DNA of 64,000 nucleotides from Psilocybe cubensis (Eukaryota): the NCBI GenBank assembly GCA_017499595.2, contig CM039003.1, positions 496,001 to 560,000 on the forward strand. The letters are read 5' to 3'. Below are positions 13,236 to 25,691 of the stretch, piece by piece. The translations under genes were made by a program, and so were the position numbers. The notes beneath the pieces were generated by a model. It was not told the DNA's origin and ran no database searches. It was given only the letters and a program-made list of their open reading frames with translations. The first letter of the stretch is position 1. Every line of letters starts with the position of its first letter.

Positions 13236-13639
13236 CCGCTCTAAATCCGTGAAAAAGCTTCTATCTCAGTGTCGCTTATACAAATAACTTCTTCATATTT
13301 AGAAATGTAACGATTTGATAAGTGACTGGCACAATTCCTTACTTTCAGATAACAAAATTTTGTCAAAACAGTGAGAAATATCATGTAACTGTCGTTATGA
13401 TCACCGTGCTGCCTATCATCAGTGTGCTCGTGTTTGCAAGTCCGGGCCGACTGATGAAAAGCTTCATCCATCTGACCTACATGTCATCCACCGTTTCAAT
13501 GTTTATCAAACCATACAACGACATATGAGCTATATTTAGCCTATTGATATTAAATGTACGTTAAATTGCTGGACTGAGGGTATACCAAATGATGCACGAC
13601 AGAACGCTATAAAATGTGGTCGCCCTCTTACAACCCAGT

Positions 13640-15437
13640 ATGGCCCCAGTAAAAATGGACAACAAACCAACTCTTTGTGCATGTAAAACAGATAGCTATG
13701 ATGCATCAAAGACGATAGCGGCTACCTATCCAACCAAAGATTTATGGATATTTTCAATACCATTGCACCTGCGATACAATCCCGACAAGCCATTTGGTTT
13801 CAGCTATGTAAAAACATTATTATATTCCGTGACTACAACACTCAGTGAGTATTTTATTCACGGTCTTGATAAGCAATAATGATTCGCTTATCGACACATA
13901 GTTGTGGCCAACCTGTATTACTGTCAACCGTTATTGAGTGAGGACATTCTTCATTCGGAGCTTCCAATATACTAGAATTTTTTCCGGTCGGCGTTAGTCC
14001 AGATGTCACAGTCATTTGAAGCATCCTACGAGGAGGTGTCTAGGTAGGATTTGTGGCGAAGGTGCATAATCCCACTCTAACAATTGTTTAGAATACCAAC
14101 GTGTGTCCAGGCAGGGTCAGTGCCACTGCTGACATTTCCCAGTCAAGACTCAATTGAGTTAACTAACGCCTTTGTAGCTATGCCGTCGGCCTTTTTCTCA
14201 TTTGTCCTCTTGGAGATAGTGTCCGCCGCCGGCAGCTGGTGTTGGGACTCATATTGTGCACAACACTGCTTTCTATCGGACTTGCAGTGACAAGAGATGT
14301 AATCGTCTTTGAGGTCCTGTCCTTCTTCGTCGGACTGGCGAATGTTGCACCACAGATCTTAATCCCACTTGTTGCTGAAATTGCCCCGCAGGAAATTCGG
14401 GCATTTGCATTCTCGCTTACCCTCACTGGATTGATGTTTGGCATTCTCCTTGCAAGGGTAGTGGCGGGACTGGTGGCTGAGTTCTTTCCGTGGCGTGTTG
14501 TATACTACGCTGCGATAATCATCCAGGCTCTCGTTCTGACAGGGCTATACTTCACGCTTCCGGATTACCCTGCAAAAGGAGCTGATCCCCCTTCGTGGCG
14601 ATTACACTGGTCCACTCTCGTACTGGCAGTCACTGAGCCTATTGCAGTACAGGTCATACTCATCAACATAGGAGCGAGTGCATGCTTTTCTTATTACTGG
14701 GTTACATTGACGTTCCTCCTCGGTGGACCACCGTATAACTATTCTACGTGAGTATATAATCTGTTTAATCATGTTGTTCTCGCATAGCCTGAGTGTGGGT
14801 CTGTAGAGTTGTGATAGGTCTTTTTGGATTGCTTGGAATGGCAGGGGTAGCTGCTGGACCTATCAGCGGGCGCCTCGTCGATCATATCCGCCCATGGCAC
14901 TCACTTCTTCTTTCAATAACCCTTCTACTGGTATTTCAGGCAGTGCAGGTTGTAGCCGGAGGTATCCATATATCAGCTGTGATAGTATCCTGCTTTGGTT
15001 TGGATTTTGTGCAGCAGATACAGACAGTTGCATTGGCGACCTACATCTTTAGGTGAGCATATGACTTGTGTACTAAGTTATATTCATTTATGAGTTCTTA
15101 ATTTCTTCTATCTCTAGTATATCTATAGCAGCAATTTCACGCTTGAATGCCCTATATATGATCTCGGTATGACCAATGCCATCACTTGATGTTTCGCTAA
15201 TGCCTCAATACTGCTTCTGCACAGTTCTATGTGGGGCAGATTATTGGGTCATCCGTTGGAACTGCTATCTTCATTAGATACGGATGGAGAGCATCAGCGC
15301 TGTTTGGCCTCGGACTCTACGGCTTCCAGCTATGCGTGGTACTCGCTAGGGGTCCAAATTGCACACGACACACGTGGTTGGGATACGAAGGGGGTATATC
15401 GTTTCCTTCTCTCTTACAGGTTCAAAATGAGGAATAA
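13640..15437 (+). CDS. MFS transporter (NepI-like, NLYYCQPLL type), copy A; start codon uncertain
   Basis: Exons encode VANLYYCQPLL, GLFLICPLGDSVRRRQL, GILLARVVAG, YWVTLTFLLGGPPYNYST, ARGPNC...WLGYEGG; many hydrophobic helices. Confidence 0.88.
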
Positions 15438-15754
15438 AGTGTCATAGAGGCCTTATTGGGGGTGTATGTGCGCAAAACTGCGCTTGTCCACTCTCTTTCA
15501 TGTGAAGAAGGGAGATCGGATGATGCCGAAACTGCGGGAAAGGTGGTACACGTATTACTTTATCGATGAAGTTCAAATTCCAAACTTCGACCTTCTATGA
15601 ATCTTATTCTCTTAACTATCAGCCTTAACACGACCGTTATCCAATAAGTGGGAGTCTATTGCATAGCAAACACTTGGGTATGAAGGGAATATGTCAATAC
15701 TTGAACACAGTTGATGAAACTGAGAGGTTGATGTAATGTTGAGAAGTCGCAGAG

Positions 15755-17017
15755 TCAGCGTAGTGCCCGAAGCTTGTCAATGACGTGTTGCATGTCGGGC
15801 TGGTTCCATTCACCGTTGAGGACGTTGGTGTGGTGAGCCCATCTATGGTTCTGATTACCACCAGGCGGAGGGCCTTCTTTGAAATTGTTTTTTATAACAT
15901 CAAATCCGTGTCCATCATGTTTACCGGTTTTGATGTATTGGTTGGAGGAAGGAAAGACATTGATGGTCATGCGACGTGATTTACCCTCTGAGATGGATTT
16001 GAAACTATGAGCCCCGCTACCAGAGTTAAGCGAATTGCTCGGGATAGAAGGAGGGATTGGGGATAATGATAGAGTGCCTCCAGATGGTATTGCCGTAGCT
16101 AATGCACATGAGAGATGAATTAACCTGTTGATGTTGATTAACTGCACGGCAAACGTACCAGAGTGCATATCCTCTGCAGCATAAACTCTACTTTGCTCCC
16201 TTTTTATGGTTGTACGCGTCGCGCTTGTGCCACAAACAACAGATTTCGATTGTGTGGTCCGAGGTTCAGTTGTGTCTTTTGTGAATTTATAATTCCGCTC
16301 ATTGGTCCCCTCCGGCAGTGTCGCATTCATTTTGTCTTCCGCTATCTCTACAGCTACCATATCACTCCTGTTCCGGTAATTTTCTGTTGAGCGAAGATGT
16401 ACGCTATCACTCCCGGACAGAAGAGGTGCTGATGAAGAGCTCGAACATATGCTTCTTGGACTGGATAGCAAGGTTGGAGAGGGCGGGGTATCCTGGAGCG
16501 GTAATTCATTTTTGTCTGGAAGCGATGGCAAACTTTTGGACATGTTTAGAGAAGAACGGGACGAAGGTGGTAAATTGTTAGAGGTTTCTAGTCGTTTTGA
16601 ACGTAGAAATTGGGAAGCGACGCTCTTTGCCCGCGACAATGTCGACTTTGAGGGTTTGGGGGTGCTGTAATCTTTGTTGAGTGTAGTGCACGACTGTGTC
16701 AGCAAGAACCTGTCAGCGGAAAATACTGGTTGATTTCTGAAACTCGTACTGACAGTACTTGAACTTGATTTTTTTGAATAGGATACTGAGCTCTCTGATC
16801 GTCTAGCTCTCAGAGGAGGATAGTCTCCATTAAGGGTTACATTGTGCACCGGATTCAGTGAATTCAGGATATTCACTGGAGGAGCAGGGCAGCATAAATG
16901 CGGCGGCAACGTAGCTGGTGAGCGGCTATGACTGTCGTACCGGTGAGAGCGAGGAGGGGCGAGTACGTCGAGAGCGCTGTGTGGGACTCCTCTTTTATGT
17001 GAGGTGTGAGTGGTCAT
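15755..17017 (-). CDS. Ser/Pro-rich, probably disordered hypothetical protein (420 aa ORF)
   Basis: Long uninterrupted ORF with low-complexity Ser-rich composition and a structured-looking tail GEWNQPDMQHVIDKLRALR. Confidence 0.65.
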   Translation of the reverse strand: MTTHTSHKRGVPHSALDVLAPPRSHRYDSHSRSPATLPPHLCCPAPPVNILNSLNPVHNVTLNGDYPPLRARRSESSVSYSKKSSSSTVSTSFRNQPVFSADRFLLTQSCTTLNKDYSTPKPSKSTLSRAKSVASQFLRSKRLETSNNLPPSSRSSLNMSKSLPSLPDKNELPLQDTPPSPTLLSSPRSICSSSSSAPLLSGSDSVHLRSTENYRNRSDMVAVEIAEDKMNATLPEGTNERNYKFTKDTTEPRTTQSKSVVCGTSATRTTIKREQSRVYAAEDMHSGTFAVQLININRLIHLSCALATAIPSGGTLSLSPIPPSIPSNSLNSGSGAHSFKSISEGKSRRMTINVFPSSNQYIKTGKHDGHGFDVIKNNFKEGPPPGGNQNHRWAHHTNVLNGEWNQPDMQHVIDKLRALR

Positions 17018-17570
17018 AAAGTGAAGACAACTGGGGGTGAGAGTAAGTGGTCAAGAGTAAAATACATCTATTTGTCACGCACTCCAAAGTTTCTTGAAGA
17101 AATTGATACTTTCCTCAATGTTGCGTCCCCGAGATTGAACCAAGATTTGGTTGCCATGATGTAACGTCATGATGGCTGATGTTGGTTTTGCAGTGAATGC
17201 AGGCTCTGTCAGTACTTATAAGCAGATGGTGATTGCCACCTTTCATTTTTAGGGCACAAGAGAAGGTATATCTGTTTCACAATCTGGCTTGTGGTTAGGC
17301 GCTAGGCCTTTGATTCGTCCTGTTTAACGTCAGATCTGCCGCGCATTGCCGAGAGGCGAACTTCATTTTTTTCCCACAAAGTTTTCCAATGCTGAAGTGA
17401 CGAACAGTTGCGGCATCAACTATCACTGTATCAGACCATTTCAACAGAACACGCTGCGCGGTGGCATTATTACGACAATCCATGTCGTGGGCTTCTGAGC
17501 TGGTTTGCGTCAAGACAATTTTATGTCGTGAGGTTCGAGATTCACAGTTTGAAAAAAGTCTAGTACAAAT

Positions 17571-20500
17571 CTAATGGGTAGGTAGGGTATTCAGCCAGGT
17601 GATACTCGGCATTGCATTTAGAATTGACTGCGTCAACTGGGTCCGCGAGACCTTGACGTCAGCTTTGGGGGCAAGGTTATTGTCCCAGGGGGCAGCTTTG
17701 TTTCCATTAAGGAAATCTGTCCAATAATCCAACTCTACGGGTAACGATAGCCGAACTTCCACAGTGTCTGCGTCGCCGCCATTAGGGTTAAAATTTTGGA
17801 TGTAATGGGTTATCTGGGACTTGAGGTATGGGACGACACCGTTGAGGATATTGTATATCTAGCCCGTGTGAGGTCAGTGAGTTCTTTTAGATGGTCACAT
17901 TGACGTACAAAGTTGTCATAGATATTGGGCACATTAACGTTGCCCGGATTGGGACCACGAAGGGGACTTAGTTGCACATAGCTATTGTACCAAGATACCC
18001 AGATATTACGTATACATGTATTGTCCTTCTTGAACAATCTTTTTGCCTAATTTATCTGATATTAACAGCTCTGGGGATTCGTTTAAGAAGTTAGGCACTC
18101 ACATCAAAACTGTTCAAGTACGAGGGGAGGCCTGCTGCTGCACGTAACCGCGCTACCTGCTTCGTTGGGCACATTTTATCCCACTTATCATCGTCTACCA
18201 GTTGGATCACATTTCTGTTTCCAGGAACAAGAAGGCGCTCTGTTGCAAAGTATGCATAATTCTTGAACACGTTTGCTTGTTGCTCCAGCATCACCATCTC
18301 GTCGGCTCCATTTGAGCCACCTTTGGTCTACTATTTAGCAAAAAAGGTACATAACAAGGGCCTGTAAGCTTACCGGGGTAACAATTTTGTATCTGCTCAA
18401 AGACCGAATTTGATCCTGACCTCAGATTCTGATTGACCCATTGACACCATGATCTATGGTTGAATGTATTAAGTATGACATTGCAAACCTGATTGAGTGA
18501 CTTACGGGCCCTTCTTGATCTGCCAGAGATCAGTGAACTGCTGTAGATGATCGATGAACAGCGATGCTAAAATGACAAATAAACTCGAGTTACAAAGGCG
18601 AAGACAAAGACAAGAATTCACCCATGCTAACTTCGTAGATGTGCTCCCGTCCGTAGATTGCTCCTCCACTTTCATCTGTCGTCAGAACTGGAATGCCGGC
18701 GGCGTTTAAAATGTTGGGTGGGTATGGGGTGTACGTCCCCAATGTAGGCTTTAGTTGTTCAGCAGGTTTTACGTCAAAGTATGTAACGATATCTGTGCCC
18801 GAGTAACCTGACATGTCCAGGGAGTATGCTGGACATGTGGTCATTGTGGCTGTCCCACTGGCACGCCGGAGTATTTGATCAGTTTGGTCATCCATTGTCT
18901 GATCATCCTTTGTGTATGTAGATGAATAATTGGCTGTGATATCTTCAATCCAACGCGCTTGAATATCAGCATATTGCCCTAGGATAGATAGTAGAAATGG
19001 TTGAATATAGAAAATTCGAAACAGTACTAGAGCACTCACCCGTGGCGCCTTGGTCATCAATATTATTATCCGAGTAGCAATAACAATCAGTGGCCCCGCC
19101 GACACCTGCAATCTCATCTCCTACAGTCGGGCAGGTAAGAAAACCGGGCAAGAAAGGTATAGCTCGGCGTTTCAAAGAAGGATCATGTTCGATTGCAGAG
19201 GCATCAGCGGATCCAACAGTCCATGAAGTCAGCGGCTTCTGAATTGTAACAGCCTCCAAATCATTCATACTGCGCTTTTGAGATGTCGGTGAGCGCTTGT
19301 TAATCACCGCATATGCCGGTATGTCCTGGTCATGGGTCATGAGAACGCTAGACCCGAGCTGTCCAGAGCCACGCGCTTCGTATGTGTAGGAAGATTCGTT
19401 GATGCTACGTCTGCTATTGCCTGATCCAGTGCCCTCATTGACGGAGTCGAAGCATGATCCTCCGAAGGGGAAATCAGCAGAGAAGAAGTTCTTTCTGTGA
19501 CATAAGTGAGCAATACGCATTTGAGCACAGAAACTAACACGCACACAACTGGGTCAGCCCTCCAGAATAATACAGAACCAGTTAGTCCAGCGTTAAGGTT
19601 GATTCCATAGTGCTGTTCAAATGTCAATCGCGATCCATGTAATAGTATTCAATTAATTACCGGATTCACGCAAAATGTGAGAGCCGACTTCCCGTAGGAT
19701 TTGTCAGTTCTGAAGGTACGAAATCATGAAATTGAAAGGCTTACAGACTGGCTCACGCTTCCAGAAATGGAAACTCCTGCATACATGTCTGCTTCCGCGA
19801 AAACCTGGAGAAGACATAAGCATTGACAGGACGGTGCAAAATAGGTTCGCCCTACCTCGGCATCTATCAAGGACCCTCCAAGTACGTTGACACCAAGTTG
19901 TAGTGACGGGATCTACAGAACTGGGGTGTCAGGGTATGCCTGAAAGGAGGGGCAGTTATACGAACAATATGAGCCTGACAAGGAAAGGTGAGTAGAATGA
20001 TAATTAAAAAAGTAGGGCTGCGTACCTGAAGAGAACCTTCCAAGTTGACGTTGTACCCTACAGCAAAATCATATCCCACGTTATCGCTCGTGGAATTAAC
20101 AGGAGACGATGGATCCTCCTAAAATGCGTGCGCAGGGTTATGTGTTGAAAATAAAGTTTGGTGAATCGAACATCAATGGAACTTGCCTCGTCAGGGTTGT
20201 CGTCTGCGAGACCAAAAGCATAGTTGATTGGCTATAAATGTGTATGATAAGTTCAAATCAACTGGAATGAAAAGGTTGAATTTGCATACCGGAAATGTAT
20301 ACCCAATAGTTGCAGTGTACCGTCCAGACAGACTCAGCTGCCCCGTGAGCTCCCCGTAGAGGTGAAGGGATGGACCAAGTGTCAAAAGACCAGGATAGTA
20401 AAGTCCTGGGAAACCAAATGTTGCCAGTTCACGCCTGCCACTGGTGTAGTGTGCCTCTGCAAGTCCAGAGATTGTAAATGACGCTTGGGCGCCTGCGCCT

Positions 20501-23500
20501 GCGTCAAAGAATACGTATGCCTGTTGAACTGCGGGAGGGACGATGGTCGCTTCGAGGTAATAACCGAATTGACTGGTGATCTGAGCCGTTCCAGTGACAC
20601 TGATATCGAGGCTGGATGAGAAATTCGGGCACTGTTGCTCTGCGTGGAATATCGTGTACGTATCTGACCACTGAATAATGCGTTAACGAAGCATTGTGAC
20701 ACAAATAAAGGCGTATACATACATGATAATCTCGGCTGACTGTCTTCGAAGAGCGGACAGTGTTAAGCTTCTTCAGCCATGCATCGAATGGTCCAAACCA
20801 CCTCTTATCGTACTCTAAGGGTTGGTGGAAATCACGTCTTCTCCTGGTGCTGGTGGTGCCAGAGTCAGGCGGACTGTTAACGATGGCGTCCCTGAATAAA
20901 AATATTAAATATAGCGAAATGAACGTCAGGCAAATAACGTGCCAGTAGCCAGGGATATCCGTCTGTGGATATGAAGTTAGTAAAAACAGATGTATACCCT
21001 GAAGTTACATACCACATCGGCTCTCATCCTACATTCAGACAAATCAGCGGCTTCCAAACCTATGTCAATGAAAGAAGCTTACAGGACAGGCCCGTTATCC
21101 TCCGGTATGGCAAGGAAATTGTAGTCAAACGACAGGGAATATACCATTTCATTGGTAGGCTTCTTCGCCTGATGTTCTTGGGACAAGGAATTCTGGTCCG
21201 TATGTTCAGTCAAAGAAACTACACGAGCGTAAGGTCCCAGACCACATGATTTGGGCATTTGGATAATGGTATGCTCAGCTTGGCCAATGAAAACGTGGCC
21301 ACAGCCGGAGTCATCATCGTCCATTGATTTTGAGCAATATGCCAGAACCTTCAAAATCGGGTCAAAGTTAAGCCCCCAACCAATAGACGTTTGACTAACC
21401 GTCTGTGGCTGATCACTGGTCGAATCGCAGCCAGTAACCACCCAATCAGATGCGATATCCATTGAGCTGACGGCACTGGGATTTGGGGATGAAATAAAAA
21501 GCTCTACCCGCTCAACCAATTAAACATTAGAAATTTAAATTGGGAAGCAAAGACGCTACCTCCAAATGGACTATCATTCTCTCTCCCGTCATCACCAATT
21601 CCACTTGAACCCGCACCGGTTGAAGATGTGCTCGAAGTGCCAGTGTTATCATCGAAGTCGACAGTAAAAGTGACCGGTTCATCTGCGTCCACAGTAGAAG
21701 GGAACACGTCGCTTACAGGAATGGGGACAAAAGACGACCCTATTTTTCACAATATAAATCATCAATATAGGGTCCGGAAATGGGTCAATGTTCAAGTTTA
21801 CCTGAGGGTGGGTCACAGCAATAATAACGTTTGTTATTTCCAAAGCATTGACTGCTTGCATCTCCCTGAATATCGCTAACTGATAGGTAGCGTGAGCAGG
21901 CCTATTGATGCAGTTTTACGACCTGTACTCACATATGGCAATCTGACCAGGGCTGCACACGGCATTTAAGCACGCAGGTGGGTCTCCAACCCATTTACAA
22001 TTTTTATAACCAGCTGATTGTCGAATTTATTTTATAGTTGAACTACATAGTTAAAGATGACTTACGTTTGCAGCAGACCGGTTTTGTGGGTTCCAAGCAC
22101 TCTACAGGGCATAGTGCAAACGGTCCTTGACCCGGGGGGGTATCAGCGCAGCCGTCGATGTCGATGGGCCCCAAATTTACGTGAGTTTGAGCAATAAATG
22201 GGGGATCACATGTCTGTGAATCACAAGCTGAGGAAAGGAAACAAAGTGGTTTGATATTCCAACTAACATGATCGAGAATTGCCACTCACGTCCGGTAGAA
22301 CACGCTCCAGCTTGTGGGTCCCCCGATGAGCAGCAGAATGCTTTAGAACCCTGAATGCATGTTGGATGTCCATCATCTCCAGTTTTATCCAGAGCGAGGA
22401 CGATTTCCCCAACATTGCATCGTCCATTACAACTTGTCCCCCCTCCTCCTCGCCACGAACATTTCTGAGGTTCGTCTCCTTTAGGACAGCAAAGGCGTGC
22501 GAGCTTGTTCTTCGGACATGATCCTCCGGTGGGTATTTGGCTCAATCTTGTCAGTGAATCGTATCCGGGGGGACATTGTTGACCACAGCCTATGAATGGT
22601 TGACGTTGAGGATTGAGTTGAATTGTGAGCCTAAAATTGAGCGTACCAGTTACTCGGCACTGATTGCCGGACTCGATCGAAGACGGCGTATTGATGCCGA
22701 TATCGGGATACAGGCCAGTTAGAGCGGTATACAAGTTGTCGTCCTGGTCAAGGGACCATATCATTGTCCCTTCAGGAGTGCAAGTAACCATCTATGTGAT
22801 TCTTTGGAAATATTGTATAACTAACCTCCTAGACAAATGCTATTTGCATAATTCAACTTCATTTGCAATGTTTGAGCGTCGTCGTACTATGGTTATGTGA
22901 GATGTGTGTTTCAATGGAGAGTAAATGCAACACATACAGATACCCATTGATTGTCATTCCACGTTATATACTTCACAGCCGCAGCCTCGTCAAATACAGG
23001 AATAGCGTTGCTGGTGCTGTCCAAGAGTTTCTGAATTTCTGAGAACATAAGTGTCCCAGAGTTAAGGGAGCACTCGCCCGGATCGCCTCCACCGGAGAAA
23101 GCACAGCCCGGGGAGCTGCATTGCTGATTTAACGAGCTTTTAATTAGCGTCGAAGATGGGTGTATAAATCTCGGATATGAAATCTTACCCCGTCCACAAG
23201 TGTGAAAGAACGCCCGTAAAAGCCTATCCCCATCACCATCTGGGATGGATCGATCTGAACATTTCGAAAAAGTTGCATGGTGTCCATAATCTCTGTTAAA
23301 TTTGTGTGAGCTAGGACGAACGGGCCGACATTTGTGTCGTTCTTATCCCAGACGCCATGTAGATCGTAGGTCATGATGTTGACCTAAAATACATTGAGGA
23401 ATAAACTCAAGACAAGTTGAACATTTACATACCCAATCAGCCGATTTTAAAAGAGCTGGAAGATCAAAGTGCTGAAGGTACCAGTAGCTTGAGGGTGCCG

Positions 23501-24759
23501 TAAAGGTTAATCCGTATCCTCGAGGGGAGAAGGCTGATTTAATTCTGGATAAGAAAATTGGGAAATTATCTTTATCTTCTGGTGCTCCTCCGCGCTCGGG
23601 TGCCACAGGATACTCCCAATCAATGTCAATTCCGTCAAATCCATAAGCCTGTAATACCCCAAGTGTGCTTTTAATAAATGTATTTGTCGCACTGAGGCTC
23701 CCTGCCAAATTGCTGAAGATATGTTGTGTCGGCTAAGGGGTGTTTAAATTTTATAAATAAAAATATCAGAAGCCTGTCAACCTACAGGATCGTTAAAGTT
23801 CCATCCGCCAATTGACAGGAAGACTTTAAGTGTTGGATTTCTCTCTTTTAAAGCCGTGGTTCGTATCCAAAGGGAACTGTCGTTTGCCGCCATTTCCTTC
23901 AGAGTGAAGTCCTCAGAAATAAGGGCAAATGCAAAGTTAACTGCCATCGTTGTTCAGTTCAATGGTTCTACCAAGGTAGTATTAAACTTACTATGCGTCA
24001 AAGTCTCCGCTGATATTAACTCTGGAGGGTACATATCACAAGCCCGACTGTCGCTAGCCACCGCCCACGCCTAGATGAGAGTAAATTATCTACCGGTAAC
24101 TCGGAGAATAAAGGAACTGACCTCATAGTATCCAATACGTCTGTGTAGAGCCGTTGCCTGGTTGTCCCCACAAGACTCTTGAGCTGGTGGCTTACAGAAA
24201 GACTGGCAACCAGTCTCACAGAAATCTAATTTATCACAATAGTCAGGTATGCCCATTCGAAGCGGTCCAAAATCTACCCTCTGTAGTTCCGCAGAAGCCA
24301 AACTATATCAAACATGGTTAAGCGTTAATCAATGCAATATACAAGCGGACTCAGACCTGACTGCAACAGACGTTCAACGGGCACGTAGAATTCGCAACAG
24401 CAGCAAATTTTCCGCACTCTGCTACGGCACCGCAGTTTGAGGTACAAGGTCCACCTGAAGACACAGGAGTGCAGAAATCAGGTCCAAATCTTTTTCACAT
24501 TATACATCATTCAACGGATAATATTTACTTCCAGTATGCTCGACTCACCCACAAAAACCGGACTCCGAGTTGCAACATGCCCCGTTTCCACATGGAATAG
24601 TTTTCGTGCAACTACCAACTGGTAGTCCTGTGGTGTTTCCCTGGGCATTAACTAGTCCCCAATGATATACGAACACTTGGAACAAAATGTCAGCATAGAG
24701 AAGTGCTGCAAGAGTCTTGGAAACCCACGAAAAAAAATTAATGCAGTATGAAGTAGCAT
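17571..24759 (-). CDS. Very large secreted subgroup-C (killer-toxin-like) GH18 chitinase: signal peptide, two hevein/CBM18-like domains, GH18, Cys-rich repeats, beta-rich domain, C-terminal extension
   Basis: Spliced N-terminus MLLHTALIFF/LFVYHWGLVNAQ; CCNSESGFCG and CPLNVCCS/FGFCGTTE; FLSIGGW, GFDGIDIDWEYP (intact DxxDxDxE), MTYDLHGVWD, WSLDQDD; downstream exons link through canonical splice sites to stop at 17571. The single-gene join of the 3' part is inferred. Confidence 0.85.
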
Positions 24760-25691
24760 GACAAGATACTGCAAAGAGATGCTTTGCCCACTTGCAAACT
24801 GGTGTCATTTTTAATCGACTCGAGACCAATGCAGCTGATACAACACGGTCCGATAAGTGACTGGGTCATGAGGGTGGCGATAAAAAGAATGTTGGCTCGG
24901 ATATTTACTAGCTACGGCATTCCTCACATTGAACCTCGAATCGAGAGGACCTCGCGGTCCATCGGTGCTGACAGTAGCTTCCATGAGCATGCTACACACG
25001 TGGAACTAAAACGAAATGCTTGCTCCATTCTTTTGTTGCGTACTTGTCGGTTGTCGTAGCCAGTTATAATGCATGAGTGGATACATATGTAACAATTGCA
25101 ACGCTGGATTCCTTTCTAATTAATAAGTTCTAAACCCTCATGACCTTTAACGTGCCACATCCTCCAACTTTGTTGAGCATCCAAGTCACCATCCCGGACC
25201 GACAGCATTTCCTCAGATGTAAACAATATTTCATTGAAACATGAACCTTCTAGGTAGTTAGAAGAACGGTCTTAGCCTAAATTTAAAATTGCCACAAAAC
25301 AGGTATAGAAACCTTTGTTCCAATTACAATGTGCCAGCTCAACCGCCGGATTGCCTATACCAGACTTCCGTGAAGCGAGGACCGAAGCATTGCTTGCTCA
25401 CTTATCAATAATTACGAGGTGAAGGCTATAAAAAGACGGTTTTGCCTTACTCTGCCGAATATCAAATTTGTCAAGAGGAAGCAACGCGCCTCGTGGTTCC
25501 CTGTCGAACTTTTTCCAACCTGACCGAGTCAGATTCTGATTGTAGCGTCAATAAACCGGTCTACACGGGTTTATCCACCGAGAAATAGCATGTACTTTAT
25601 AGTTTATAGTGGAACTGATTTGTATTCCAATTCCCCAGCCTTTTCGTCAACTCTGGCAATTGCAACGCTGCTGTGAGAGTCAAGGAAAACC
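24760..25691. promoter_or_regulatory. Putative bidirectional promoter between the chitinase and LysM genes
   Basis: 932-bp gap between divergent ATGs; TATAAAAA at ~25427; exact 14-bp direct repeat CAATTGCAACGCTG at 25093 and 25657. Confidence 0.5.
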
